DNA from: Eledone cirrhosa
Lineage: Eukaryota
DNA: 64,000 bases
Direction: 5' to 3'
NCBI GenBank assembly: GCA_964016885.1
Contig: OZ024742.1
Location: forward strand, 73,098,001-73,162,000
A model generated the notes under the pieces. It had not been told where the DNA came from, did not search any database, and was given only the letters and a program-made list of their open reading frames with translations. Position numbers and translations under genes: made by a program. This document shows, one piece after another, positions 52,405 to 64,000 of the stretch (positions within the stretch are counted from its first letter, which is position 1; the number at the start of each line of letters is the position of its first letter).

Positions 52405-54180
52405 CTACTTATTACTATGAGGGTGTTGGGAGCAGAGTCCTCAAAAACTCCTTTCAGCGGGTCCTGTTAGAAGCAATCATCTCCAACTGATCCAAGTGGC
52501 TCCCCAAGCAAGACCAGCCAAGCTCATAGATGTTATCCAACCATCTTGCTTGGGGTCTACCCCTGGGTCTCCTGCCAGTTAGTTTTGCCTGTAAAATCTG
52601 TCCAGCAATTCTTTCCGGAGACACTCCAAACACATGCTCATAGTACTGGAGCTGTGATCTCCCAATTTGGAGAAGTGGCATTTCTACCTGCAGTAGCTCT
52701 CTGATCTCCGAGCTACACACTTTATCAAGTAACATTACTCCAAAGACACTTTGAAGGAATCCCTTTTCGGTTGCTTACATTCACGATCATATTCTTTCAG
52801 TCATTACCCAAGATTCATGACAATAGATAAGGGTTGGCATGACTACTGAATTGAAGATAGCAAATTTGGCTTTTACACCTACCTCCCTTCTTCTGAAGCT
52901 ACCATATTACTGCACCAGCTCCTGCAATTCTTGCACTTAATTCAGCCTCCTGCCTTCCATCACTCATGAAAACGGCCCCGAGATACTTGAACTTCTCTAC
53001 CTGCTTCAGTGGTGCTCCATTCACATGTAGCGTGCACTGTGCAGGCTTCCTTCAGAGGACAAGTGTCTCAATTTTCACAGCACTGATTTTCACTCCAGCC
53101 ATGTAGCACTTGGCATCAAACTTCTCGAGTGTAAATTAAAAATCACCTTCTGTCAAGTTAAGTGACATAAAGTCATCTGCAAATTCCAGTCAACTGATTT
53201 TACACCTGCCAGTCATGATGCCACTTCCAACTTGACTGCACATGTCAATCCTGTTCATGTAAATAATGAACAGGAGAGATGATAGTATGCACCCTTGGCG
53301 AAGTCCAACTCCCACATTGAATGGTTTCAATTTACTACCATTTATCCGAACACAAATACTCGGGCATTCGTATAGACATCAGGGCTGCAAGAAACTGATC
53401 ATTGATCCCATACTCTTGCAGAACCTTCCACAGCAGGTCGACAAAAACCAGAATATACCTCTTGGCAATACTCCCATGATTTCTCAAAGACCTGCCACAG
53501 TGTGAATATTTGTCTCCCTGATTCTCTTTGCCAGACACTTAGCATAGACTTTACCGGGGAGGCTTAACAAGAAGATCCCTTTGTAATTGGAACAATCTCT
53601 CTTGTCTCTCTTTATGAAAATTGGGATTATCAGTGCCAATTGCCATTACTTAAGTGCCCTTCCAGAGATCCAGGCCACTCGGCACACATGAGTCAACCAA
53701 AAAATACTTTCTCTATTTAAGGCTTTTAACATCTTGGACTGGATTTCATCTTCCCCAGCAGCTTTGCTACATTTGAGCTCTTTACTGCTCTTGTGACTTC
53801 AGCCTCTGTGAGAATAATCACCGCTCTCTGATGCACCTCATGTACATTAGAAGATGCTGTTGTGATTGGGTTTAGGAGATCAACAAAGAATTCTTTCCAC
53901 CTCACGAGGATGCACCTCTCTGAAGAGAGGAGGATCCCAGATGCTTTCTTGATAGCAGGTGTGGAGGAGGGCTTCTCATTACGAAGTCAGTGGATAGTCT
54001 GCCAGAACACTTTATTTGCTGATCTGAAGTTGGATCCCAGCTTAATCCCAAAGTGCACCCATGTCTTAACTTTGGACGCCTTTACTGGCTCTGTTGCGAT
54101 TCTTCATGCCTGCTTGTACCACATGTGCAAGAAGGAGGACTTATTTCAAAGCCAATCTTTGTAAGCCTCCTTCTTTATAT
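52405..54180 (-). mobile_element. RTE LINE family B, degenerate
   Basis: LLDKVCSSEIRELLQVE...GRRPRGRPQARWLDNI; homologous to 20017-21450. Confidence 0.9.
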
Positions 54181-54942
54181 CTAAATCCTTTAAATGATTC
54201 CATGCAATTTACTACAAATGAATTAATAACCAAATAAATATTCTTTGACATTCTACAGTGTTGCAGAGAAATTTGTGTTAAAATAACTATATATATATAT
54301 CAAAAAGCAACAGCTACATGCCACTACCTAACTTTCAACACTACTGTACACATCAGATGTTTGTCTACAACATCAGACAACATTCATCTTCACCAGTGAA
54401 GCTGTTTGGCAAAGAGAAACTTGATACCTAAAAACACCAAACTTCACTCTCGCAATATCTTCCTGTAATAATCTGAGTAAAAATAAATAAATAAAACAAT
54501 ACTTTAATGAAAATTATCGTTAATTTTGATGTTTTATTTTATTATGTATACTAAGACATCAACAATATTGGTAATTTATTAAGGCCAAGGCAGAAATGAG
54601 ATAATAATGGGGTAAAAAGTAAAAAGCCAGCCAAGAGTTGAATGGATGAATTAAAAGGTTACATTTATAAGATGTTATACATTTCTGAAGGATTTGCAGA
54701 ATGACCAGTAAAGACCACAATAGAAGATTAATTGAAATGTGACGAGAGAGAAACAATAAATTGAGAAACTGAAGAATATGTATGTAGAACAATGGACATT
54801 AGAAAGTGTTTTAAAAGGAAATTTCCATGACAGATAATGATCCATAATGAAAAGTGAATTATACAGCCATATAAATATTGGCTTTTTAATTCAAAATGGC
54901 CACAGGGATTGAAATAAATGCAAATATCCTTAAATTTGATAC

Positions 54943-54996
<54 letters not shown>

Positions 54997-55053
54997 ATAA
55001 GTTTGGTAGAAATATCCAAGGGTAAGAGCCCTCAGTCCATAGGATGAGTTAAG

Positions 55054-55201
55054 TATAATTAGTTACAACAGTGACATATACAGGTACTTAAGTTTTGTTG
55101 AGTTATACACCCCAACTCATTCAGCCTGTTATATATGAGTTGGGGTGTATAACCGAATAAAACATAAGTACCTGTATATGTCACTGTTGTGGCTAATTAT
55201 A
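55054..55201. repeat. Palindrome (67-bp arms, 14-nt loop) with a decayed minus-strand hammerhead at 55081-55128
   Basis: Minus strand: cagg CTGAATGA gttggggt-gtat-aactcaac AAAAC TTAA GTA cctg. Confidence 0.7.
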
Positions 55202-55874
55202 TATATATATCATCACCATCATCATCATTGTCATTTTAACATCTACTTTCCCTGCTAGCAAGAGTTGGATGGATCTACATAGAACCAAGTCAGTACTGAA
55301 GCAGTGGCTACTGATCTTCCAGACAAGCCAGGGATCTGTAGAGTTTAAATATTCATTTATTATGGCTAAGTAATGAGTTTTGTTACTCTGGAGTTTCATC
55401 AGCACACCAACAGTAGACATTGTTTTAATCACACAAGGTTAGAAAGAACTCTCCACTCCATGAAGTCCCTATTCTTCTTACTGAGAGAGTGATTCGAAGA
55501 GGAGTGATGACCAACAGTTGAGAGTTGAAAGTACTATTTGAGTGTGGAAGGAATGGCAGGCCTTTGGAAGAGCGAGTGCCATCTTCAAGAACAAAGACAT
55601 GCCAAAAAGACAAAAAAGCAAATTCTAAAACTGTAGACAATGCAAAAGAGCCCATGAAAGGATCATGTTAAACTGTAAGAGGAGTGGGTAGGAAGTGATG
55701 GATATCATGAGATATGAGTGATAGTAAGTGGTAGTGGTAAATGTCAAGAAGAGGTTTCATAGGGGAGTGAGTGGATCAGATCTGATATCCAAGTATGGAG
55801 TGATGGTGAGAGGAAGAGACAGAGAGAGCATGGTAATGTTAATGATGATGGGAGTAATCATCATCATCATCATC

Positions 55875-56070
55875 ATAGCCAGTTATTTGAAGGGGAAGGG
55901 AAAGTCGATTAAATTGACTCCAGTGCATTACTGCCACTTTATTTTATTGACCCCGTAAAGATGAAAGGCAAAGCTAACTTCAGTGGGATTTGAACTCAGA
56001 ATGTAAAGGGCCATAACTATATACCACAAAACATGTTGTCCAATGCTCTACCGATTCTGCCAATCCACCG
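55875..56070 (-). mobile_element. SINE family A copy
   Basis: Same core as 32405. Confidence 0.75.
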
Positions 56071-56074
56071 ATGA

Positions 56075-56414
56075 CATCATCATCATCATCATTTTACGCC
56101 CGCTTTTCCTTGCTTGCAAGGGTGGGACGGGAACTGATTCTGGCTTGATTTCTACAGCTGGATGCCCTTCCTAACACCAACCTCATTTACAGTGAGTGCA
56201 GGGTGCTTTTTTGCTGTGGCACCTCCACGACCACTTTGCAGTGGAATGATAGGGACCTCAGTCCCTATCATCTCATTTCTACAGCTGAGTAAACTGGAGC
56301 AATGTGAAATAAAGTGTCTTGCTCAAGGAAACAACACATCACCCGGTCTGAGAATTGAACTCACAACCTTTCGATTGCAAGGCCAATGCTCTAACCACTA
56401 AGCCATGTGCCTCC
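56075..56414 (-). mobile_element. tRNA-SINE family B, full length
   Basis: Reverse complement of 61771-62117. Confidence 0.85.
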
Positions 56415-56760
56415 ATATATATTTAACTTTTCTCTGAACTTGTTTGTTCTCCCTCATTCATGTACATTACACAATCAATGACACTTGTATGAGATGTATG
56501 CATGTATATATAATATATATAAATGCTAGCGTGAGAAATAGATGTTAAATGATGATGATGATGATGATGATGATGAAGAATAGTCTCCCAAAGGGGATTA
56601 GGAAATAACTACAGTTAAATAAGGTACTCAATATGTTAACAGAGAATAAGCATATTTATTATATATAGAAATAACTTCTAGATTACTCTATATATACATT
56701 CCTATACCTACGCAAGCATGGAAAAATGGACATGCTGCTGCTGCTGCTGATGATGATGAC

Positions 56761-56808
<48 letters not shown>

Positions 56809-56869
56809 GGTGGTGGTGCCATCAAACAAAATATATTTGAAGAATTTAGTTAAAAAACATGATTTATCC

Positions 56870-57340
56870 AGAGAGTTAGGTGGAAGGCTTTTCACTTTAA
56901 ATCATTCCCAAACTCACCACACAACACTACTAGAAATGGACATAATGGAAATGATCTGTAGTGCAAAATTTCAAAAGATTGAATGTAGGAATAATTTTCT
57001 AAATAGTCTCAGTTCCAAAATTGAGAACCATAGAAACACAGGAGACTAATCATTTATCCATGAAAACAAGAAAAGCAATATTTACACTATGAGTGGAGAA
57101 TCTTACAAAATATTTATCTATGAGGAACTAAGTAGGAAATATAAGAAAGTAAACAATGAAATCCTGAAAGACATCAACAAAATGGGATCAATAATAATCA
57201 GTAGATTGGAAATATCTAATAGAATTGAACCATTTAAACTCAAAAGATTAAAATTTAATTTGAAGGAAAATAAGATGGACTTTGAGGTAAATACAACTAT
57301 AAGATTCATCTGCCTGTTGAAATTAGATGCCAGGAGAGTA
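56870..57340 (+). pseudogene. Penelope-like RT N-terminal remnant (second family)
   Basis: LLEMDIMEMICSAKFQK..NNFLNSLS..*SFIHENKKSNIYTMSGESYKIFIYEELSRKYKK..KDINKMGSIIISRLEISNRIE..FNLKENKMDFEVNTTIRFI resembles the PLE 'ADKT.N.Y...Y.KL....IT..YKK....IN.E...IA..L...DRI....ITLKDHK.NF.....RLI' segment. Confidence 0.65.
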
Positions 57341-57936
57341 ACCATTTCATTTGTCCACTAAGATACACATGAAACAGATGCAATGCTCCGACAGATTACA
57401 GAAGCAACAAATATGAATGAACTTTGACCAAAACTAAATAGAAAGCACAAATGGAATAATAACAACCTTACGACATAGAGACTAAGGATAATAAGGCACA
57501 CAAGAACAAAACTAATAAGATAACACAGCTAGAATACAAAGAATACAAAAATCAGTGTAACAACTAACTAATAACAAGTAAGAAAGAAGAGAGAAGAGAG
57601 GAAAACACCCAGATGTAACACATGTGCAGTCCAGGTGCACAGCTCATAAAGACAGGATGGTGTAAAACAGAACAAAAAGGAGACACAAAGTAACAAAGGT
57701 AATCACTGAAGAGCTCACAGAATGTGTGACAAAAGAGTTTTGACAATTAACTTAAACAACCATCCAGTTATTAATCTAACCAATGGAAAATTATAATAAT
57801 AAATTGAAGTGCAACTGAACTGGTGCATATTTTATTGGCAGCATGACCCTCCCAAAGTATAACAATATCTGTTTCAACATATCGCTTTCACATCTAATAT
57901 CTTGCAAAACAAATACAAAAATGAACTATATATATA

Positions 57937-60568
57937 TCATCATCATCATCGTTTAACGTCCATCTTCCACGCTTGCATGGGTTTGGACGGGAGTTTTCCC
58001 ATTTGAGGCAAGAGTGGTTGTCTTGCTCGCATATGACTGTCTGGCGGGTTTTCCACGGCTGGGTGCCCTTCCTAACACCAACCACGCTTACAGTGTGGAC
58101 TGGGAGGTTTTTACCATGTTACCTACACGGCCACATTACAGCGTGGACTGTGTGTTTTTTTGTCGTGACACCTACACGTCCATTTGTTTCGGACTGGATG
58201 TTGTGGTACCAACATAACTTTACATTGAAAGGGGTGGTGTGGATGGGGTGGGGGTAGTGGGACAGGGGTGTATTTTGTTAGAGGTGCCTACTGACTGTAG
58301 TAGGTTTCACTTTGTACTTAGGTAAGGCAGGTCTTCTGTATTACTGTGTAGCGCCAAAGATCTCGGTCCAGTGACATTGTCTTGGAGAGTTGTAAGTGTG
58401 TGAGGTTGGAATTTATCAAGTCGTCCCAGGTTTTTCTGGGTCTGCCTACTCCGTGGCTACCGTCTATTTTTATTGCCCTGCACTTTTTTATACAGCTGTC
58501 GTCTTTCATGCGCATCACGTGACCATACCAACGTAGTCTTCTCTCGAGTAAACAACATCTGATCCCTCTTATCTCTAATTTTTCCCTTAGTTCGTTTATG
58601 CTTTGCCGTTCACGTATATTACTATTACACATCCAGCGGAGCATGCAAGCTTCGTTCCTCTCCAGTCTGCGTATATCCTCTGCACAGAATGCCCAGGTCT
58701 CACTGCCATGTAACATTGCTGTTCGTATGGAGGCATCATACAGACTGCCTTTCATTTTTAGAGAGAACCCTTTAGCGGCTAATAGTGGTATAAGCTCTCT
58801 GAACTTTTTCCATCCAGTTCTGACTCTAGCTACTGTACTTTCAGAGCACCCTCCACCACTGCTGATTTTGTCACCCAAGTAACGGAAGGTGTCCACTATT
58901 TCTATAGAACCATCTGTGCAATGGAATGAGCTAGTATTTGGTGGGCACTTGCTGCTACTTATTGCACCTGAGCACCGGCCACATATAAAATCTATGTTCT
59001 TAGTTAGCTTACCTGTGATCCCACTATATCTTTTATGCACCCATACTTTGCATTTGGGACATAAAATGGAGTTTCTACCTACTCCTTTCCTACACACTGA
59101 GCATGGCCATTTCCCGGATGGGACCGGTGCCCTATTTTCCTTCCTACAAACTAGAACTTTAGTCTTAGACAGGTTAATTTTAAGGCCTTTTGATTCTAGG
59201 CCATGCTTCCATGTTTGGAATTTCTTCTCTAGTTCGGCCATTGATTCAACTATGAGCATTAGATCATCTGCGTATATGAGTTCCCATGGGCAGCCCGTCT
59301 TGAACTCCACTGTTATAGCCTGAAGGGCAATAATAAATAGTAGGGGGCTAAGAACGGAGCCCTGATGAACACCAACTTTTACGCTAAACTCTTCACTATA
59401 TTCGTTGTTAATTCTAACCTTGCTGACTCTTTCTTTATACATGGCTTATATAGCTCTAACAAGCCATTCATCAACACCTAGTTTTCTAAGAGCCCACCAG
59501 ATAATGGAACGGGGGACTCTGTCGAAGGCTTTCTCCAAGTCGACAAAAGCTAAGTATAGGGGTTTACTTTTAGATAGGTACTTCTCCTGTAGTTGTCGTA
59601 CAATGAAAAGAGCGTCTGTGGTACTTTTACCTGACACAAACCCGAACTGCATTTCATCTAGATCAATTCTCTCTCTGATTAGTTGCGCTATTACTTTTTC
59701 TGTGACCTTCATGACCTGGTCGATTAATTTTATGCCTCTATAGTTACTCCTATCTAGGGCATCTCCTTTACCCTTGTAGCAGTTAATGATGATGCTACTA
59801 CGCCAGTCCTTTGGAACAACCCCATTCTGTATGACTTGGTTTACTATCCGGGTGACCATGGTGTGTCCCACCGTTCCAGAAGCTTTCAGCATTTCAGCAA
59901 CTATTTCCGAAGGCCCAGCCCCTTACCCGTCTTCATATCTTTGATTGCCTTACTTATTATACTACCTTCGACTAACACTGTTGGTCCCTCTATTGGATCG
60001 ATGTGGGGGAGACTGTCTTTCTCCCATTTATTCTCCTCATTTAGTACCCTTTCGTAGTGACACTTCCAAGCTACCTTCTTATCAGCGTCAGTGATGGAAA
60101 GTACACCATCATCATTAAGGACACACTTCTCCCCGACAATATCACGGTTTTCCTTGACACATTGCCTAGCAATCCTGAACACCTCACGTTTTTGGTCCTT
60201 GCATTGTAGAACATGCTTGAACTTTCTTTTCTCTGCTTCCCTTCTTGCGAAGTACACTTGTCTCCTAGCTTCCCTCCTGGCCACTTGATAGTCTTCTCTA
60301 CTTCCCCCATCCCGCCATACTTTCCAAGCCTGCTTTTTGGCCTTAATTGACTCCTCCACCTTACTGTTCCACCACCACGTTACTCTCCTCCTGCCTATAG
60401 GCCTGCTCCAGCCACAGGTTTGCTTTCAGGAATTCCCACTGTTCCTCTATATTGTACGACTCTAAATGCTCTTCCTTACTGTCGAAAGCATCAAGTAATA
60501 TGTTTTTAAATTTATTTCTGGCTGTGGGGTCCTTTAGCTTCCATATTTTTCTCCTGAGGATAGTCCTC
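57937..60568 (-). mobile_element. RTE LINE family A, longest copy (2.6 kb), with in-frame stops and frameshifts
   Basis: ORFs 60359-59901, 59892-59446 and 59442-58318 contain the complete RT (YKGKGD..NYRGIKL, YADD); 3' UTR and (GAT)n tail. Confidence 0.95.
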
Positions 60569-60577
60569 ATATATATA

Positions 60578-60616
<39 letters not shown>

Positions 60617-60634
60617 ATATATATATATATATAT

Positions 60635-60667
<33 letters not shown>

Positions 60668-60668
<1 letters not shown>

Positions 60669-60833
60669 GAGGGTTAGCTGAAAAGTTCATCGGCTGACAA
60701 TGAAGGAAATCTTGCATGCATTAATTTCGACTCTTCTTATTAATAATTGCATTGTTTCTTTCCAGAGACTATTTTAAAAAGTAAACCTTAGAGAGTGTCT
60801 TGGTCAGTCTAAAAACTTTTCAGCCAACCCTCA
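60668..60833. mobile_element. Tc1/mariner MITE (166 bp) in a (TA)n tract
   Basis: TA-CGAGGGTTAGCTGAAAAGTT ... AACTTTTCAGCCAACCCTCA-TA. Confidence 0.85.
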
Positions 60834-60847
60834 TATATATATATATA

Positions 60848-61725
60848 CCCACCCCCTCCCACTGCAAAGTGGTCATGGAAGTGTCACGACAAAAAAGCAC
60901 CCAGTCCATACTGTAAAGTGGTTGTGTAGGCACTATGGTAAAAAAATCACCCAGTACTCACTGTAAATGAGGTTGGTGTTAGGAAGGGCATCTAGCTGTA
61001 GAAATCAATCCAAAATCAGTTCTCATATGGGCAAGACATGGTCACCCGACCTGGCATTGCCCACAACAAGACAACCCGTCTAACCCATGCTAGCGTAGAA
61101 GAATGGACATAAAACGGTGAAGATGATGATGATATATATATATATATATATCTCATCATCATCATCATCGTTTAATGTCCATCTTCCACGCTAGCATGGG
61201 TTAGACGGTTTTGTTCCATTTGATGTGGGAATGATTGGGAGACCATGTCTTGTTCATACGGAAGTGTCTCTGGCAGGTTTTTTTACAGCTGGATGCCCTT
61301 CCTAACACCAACCACATTTACAGTGTGGGCTGGGAGCCTTTTTACTGTGTCTCCAACATGACCACCTTACAATATGGATTGTTGTCATCGACACAGTTGA
61401 TGGAACGGAAATGGGAGGATGGGGTAAGGTGTGTGGGGTAGGGTGTATATTGGGTTAAGAGGTGCCTAGGTTTGTATGCAAGGGAAGGCGGGTCTTCTGT
61501 ACAACTGCATATATATACACACACACACATATATATAACGGTGCCATTTAGTCCCACAATGTAAATGTGGTTGGTATTAGGACGGACATCCAGCTGTAAA
61601 AACCATGGCCAAATTTACAGTCCCATTGAAACAAGGTACAGCATGGCCAATCCTGACCAGACGTGTCTCTCAACACAGACGACCTGTCTGACTCATGCAA
61701 GTATGGAAAAATGGATGTAAAACAG

Positions 61726-61756
<31 letters not shown>

Positions 61757-61757
61757 A
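60848..61757. mobile_element. Cluster of RTE 3'-UTR fragments (+ 60848-61133, - 61154-61505, + 61540-61757)
   Basis: Shared ggttggtgttaggaagggcatccagctgta and cccatgctagcgtggaa..(GAT)n motifs. Confidence 0.75.
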
Positions 61758-61770
61758 TCTCTATATATAT

Positions 61771-62117
61771 GGAGGCATATGGCTTAGTGGTTAAAGCATT
61801 GGCCTTGCAATCGAAAGGTTGTGAGTTCAATTCTCAAACCGGGTGATGTGTTGTTTCCTTGAGCAAGACACTTTATTTCACATTGCTCCAGTTTACTCAG
61901 CTGTAGAAATGAGATGATAGGGACCCCAGTCCCTATCATTCCACTGCAAAGTGGTCATGGAGGTGCCACGGCAAAAAAGCACCCAGCACTCACTGTAAAT
62001 GAGGTTGGTGTTAGGAAGGGCATCCAGCTGTAGAAATCAAGCCAGAATTAGTTCCCGTCCCACCCCTGCAAGCAGGGAAAAGCGGACGTAAAATGAAATG
62101 ATGATGAATGATGATGA
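61771..62117 (+). mobile_element. tRNA-SINE family B with RTE-derived 3' tail
   Basis: A box tggcttagtgg, B box gagttcaattctc; 3' half matches the RTE 3' UTR at 31557-31700. Confidence 0.88.
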
Positions 62118-64000
62118 TATAAAACGGTAGATGTCTATCTGTGTGTGTGTATGATTTTTATGCATTTCCACATTTCTTTACCGATTTTGATGATTTTTTT
62201 CCCAATGTGCTCCAAATTTACCAGGGCAGGTCAACGCGTAATTATTTTTGCCAAAAATTTCCTGCTTCTATGAAAAAAAATCGATAAAACTAAATACATG
62301 CTGTAACCCTCTCTCTTACACGCTTCATTCCTCTCACTACCCTCAATCTCCTCTGCAACTCTTTTTAAAAGGTTACTGCCTCCGTCTCCATTACAGTTTA
62401 GGTACACACTTATATTTTACATCAAATAACAAATATTCAAAAGCAACAGATGAATTTATAAAACAACAAACGTAACAATAATGATCTCTCTATAATTTAA
62501 CTGCTTTACTCTCTGTAAAATTTAACTGCTTCACTCCCTATATGACAACACTGCAGAGAGAGAAACAATGTATAGGATCAAATGGAACGTTCCGTATATT
62601 CCCCCTCTCTATAATTTAACTGCTTTACTCTCTCTGTCGCTCTTCACTCCCTATATGACAACACTGCAGTGGAGCGTTCCGTATTGACATACGGCTTATC
62701 TGGGGCATTTTCAATCGGCTTATTGCAAATAACAACCCGCAAAATAACACTTCATATAACAGATTAATGCTATAGACATATGAATCGGAATGTAACCCGT
62801 GAACTTTTTCTGGGCAAAATTATTCGAACAGACATGACCTCATTGCCAGAGTGTTCAGACTGAAACTGGCTAAACTCATGGCTTTAATCCAAAGGGTCAG
62901 GTATTTGGGGCTGTAAAATGTGACATGTTCACCGTCGAATGGCAAAAACGAGGACTGCCACATGCTCACACTTTGATTTGGTTAGCTGATAAAATCAATT
63001 TAAATGCCATAGACAGCTTCATTTCGGCTGAAATCCCTAACCCAGCAACTGACCAGGAATTACATGACATTGTCAAAGCTAACATGGTCCGTGTGCGTCG
63101 GGTCCTAATGAGCATCACACATGTCTGAAAGGGGGGGGGGGGGGGTCGTGCAGTAAGGGATACCCCAAAAAATTTGTTGACGAGACTCAGACTGGTGGCG
63201 ATGGGTACCCCTGTACAGGCGGAGAAGGCCCGAGAACGGTGGCTTCACCACAACAGTAAAGGGAGGTCAAGTCGACAATAGATGGGTGGTCCCTTACTGC
63301 CGGCTTCTCTTGAAGATGTTCAACGCCCACATCAACATTAAGTTTTGCAACTCCGTCAAGTCTATAAAATACATATGCAAATATGTAAATAAGGGCTCTG
63401 ATGAGGTCACAGAATACCTGGCGGGGCGGTACATCAGTAGCAATGAAGCTTTTTGGCGCCTATTTGGTTTCCCCCTACACCAACGGCACCCCGCCATTGT
63501 ACAGCTTGCGGTACATTTGGAAAATGGGCAAAGGGTTTACTTTACGGACCAAACCGCCGCCAAGTTGGCCACCAATCCGAAAGAGACCACTCTGACGGGT
63601 TTCTTCAAACTTTGCCAGTTCGATACATTTGCGCAAACAATTGTGTACCCCCAGCTTCCATCCTACTTTATATGGTTGAAAAACACTTGGTTGTGAAGAA
63701 AGTCAGGTCAGGCTGTTGAAAGACATCCTGGTGTAAAATTTGACAGCGGTCTTGGAAGGGTTTACACTGTGCCCCCAAGTCAGCATGAGCGCTTTCATCT
63801 CCGCCTTCTTCTGCATGAAGTTGTAGGCCCACAAATTTTAGCAGGACCTCAAAACTGTTGATAGAGAAATATGTGACATGTACTGGGAAGCCTGCTTTAA
63901 GCGTGGTCTTTTGGAAGATGATTCGCAATGGGATTCCACTTTAGCAGAGGGTGCTTTGTTGAAATCACCTAAAGGTCTACAGGAACTCTTTGCCATTTTG
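62117..64000 (+). mobile_element. Second Helitron (internally deleted, continues beyond window); Rep domain from ~62780
   Basis: 5' motif ATAAAACGGTAGATGTCTATCTGTGTG..ATGCATTTC resembles the first Helitron's 5' end; RHDLIARVF, VEWQKRGLPHAH (HUH), SIKYICKYVNKGSD (Y2). Confidence 0.9.

Overview
This is an AT-rich, microsatellite-dense animal genomic window. The repeat repertoire (RTE LINEs with (GAT)n tails, tRNA-derived SINEs, (TA)n/(CA)n/(ACC)n tracts) suggests a cephalopod such as Octopus, but this is inference. The only host-gene signal I can support is one 127-bp minus-strand exon of an ATG10-like E2 enzyme (45045-45171). Almost everything else is mobile DNA: a 7.1-kb Helitron with both termini (22955-30029, minus) nested in a Tc2-like MITE, a second Helitron running off the right edge, many RTE LINE copies from at least two families, three CRE-like REL-endonuclease fragments, SINEs, and piggyBac- and mariner-type MITEs. 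The most striking unannotated signal is about a dozen minimal type-I hammerhead ribozyme motifs (CTGANGA-stem II-GAAA-palindromic stem III-NUH) from several unrelated families. Many sit in long near-perfect palindromes inserted in (TA)n tracts, and one sits in a 321-bp-period direct-repeat unit. They co-occur with two Penelope-like RT remnants, pointing to a diverse Penelope pLTR / retrozyme-like population. All folds and alignments were done by eye and coordinates may be off by a few bases.
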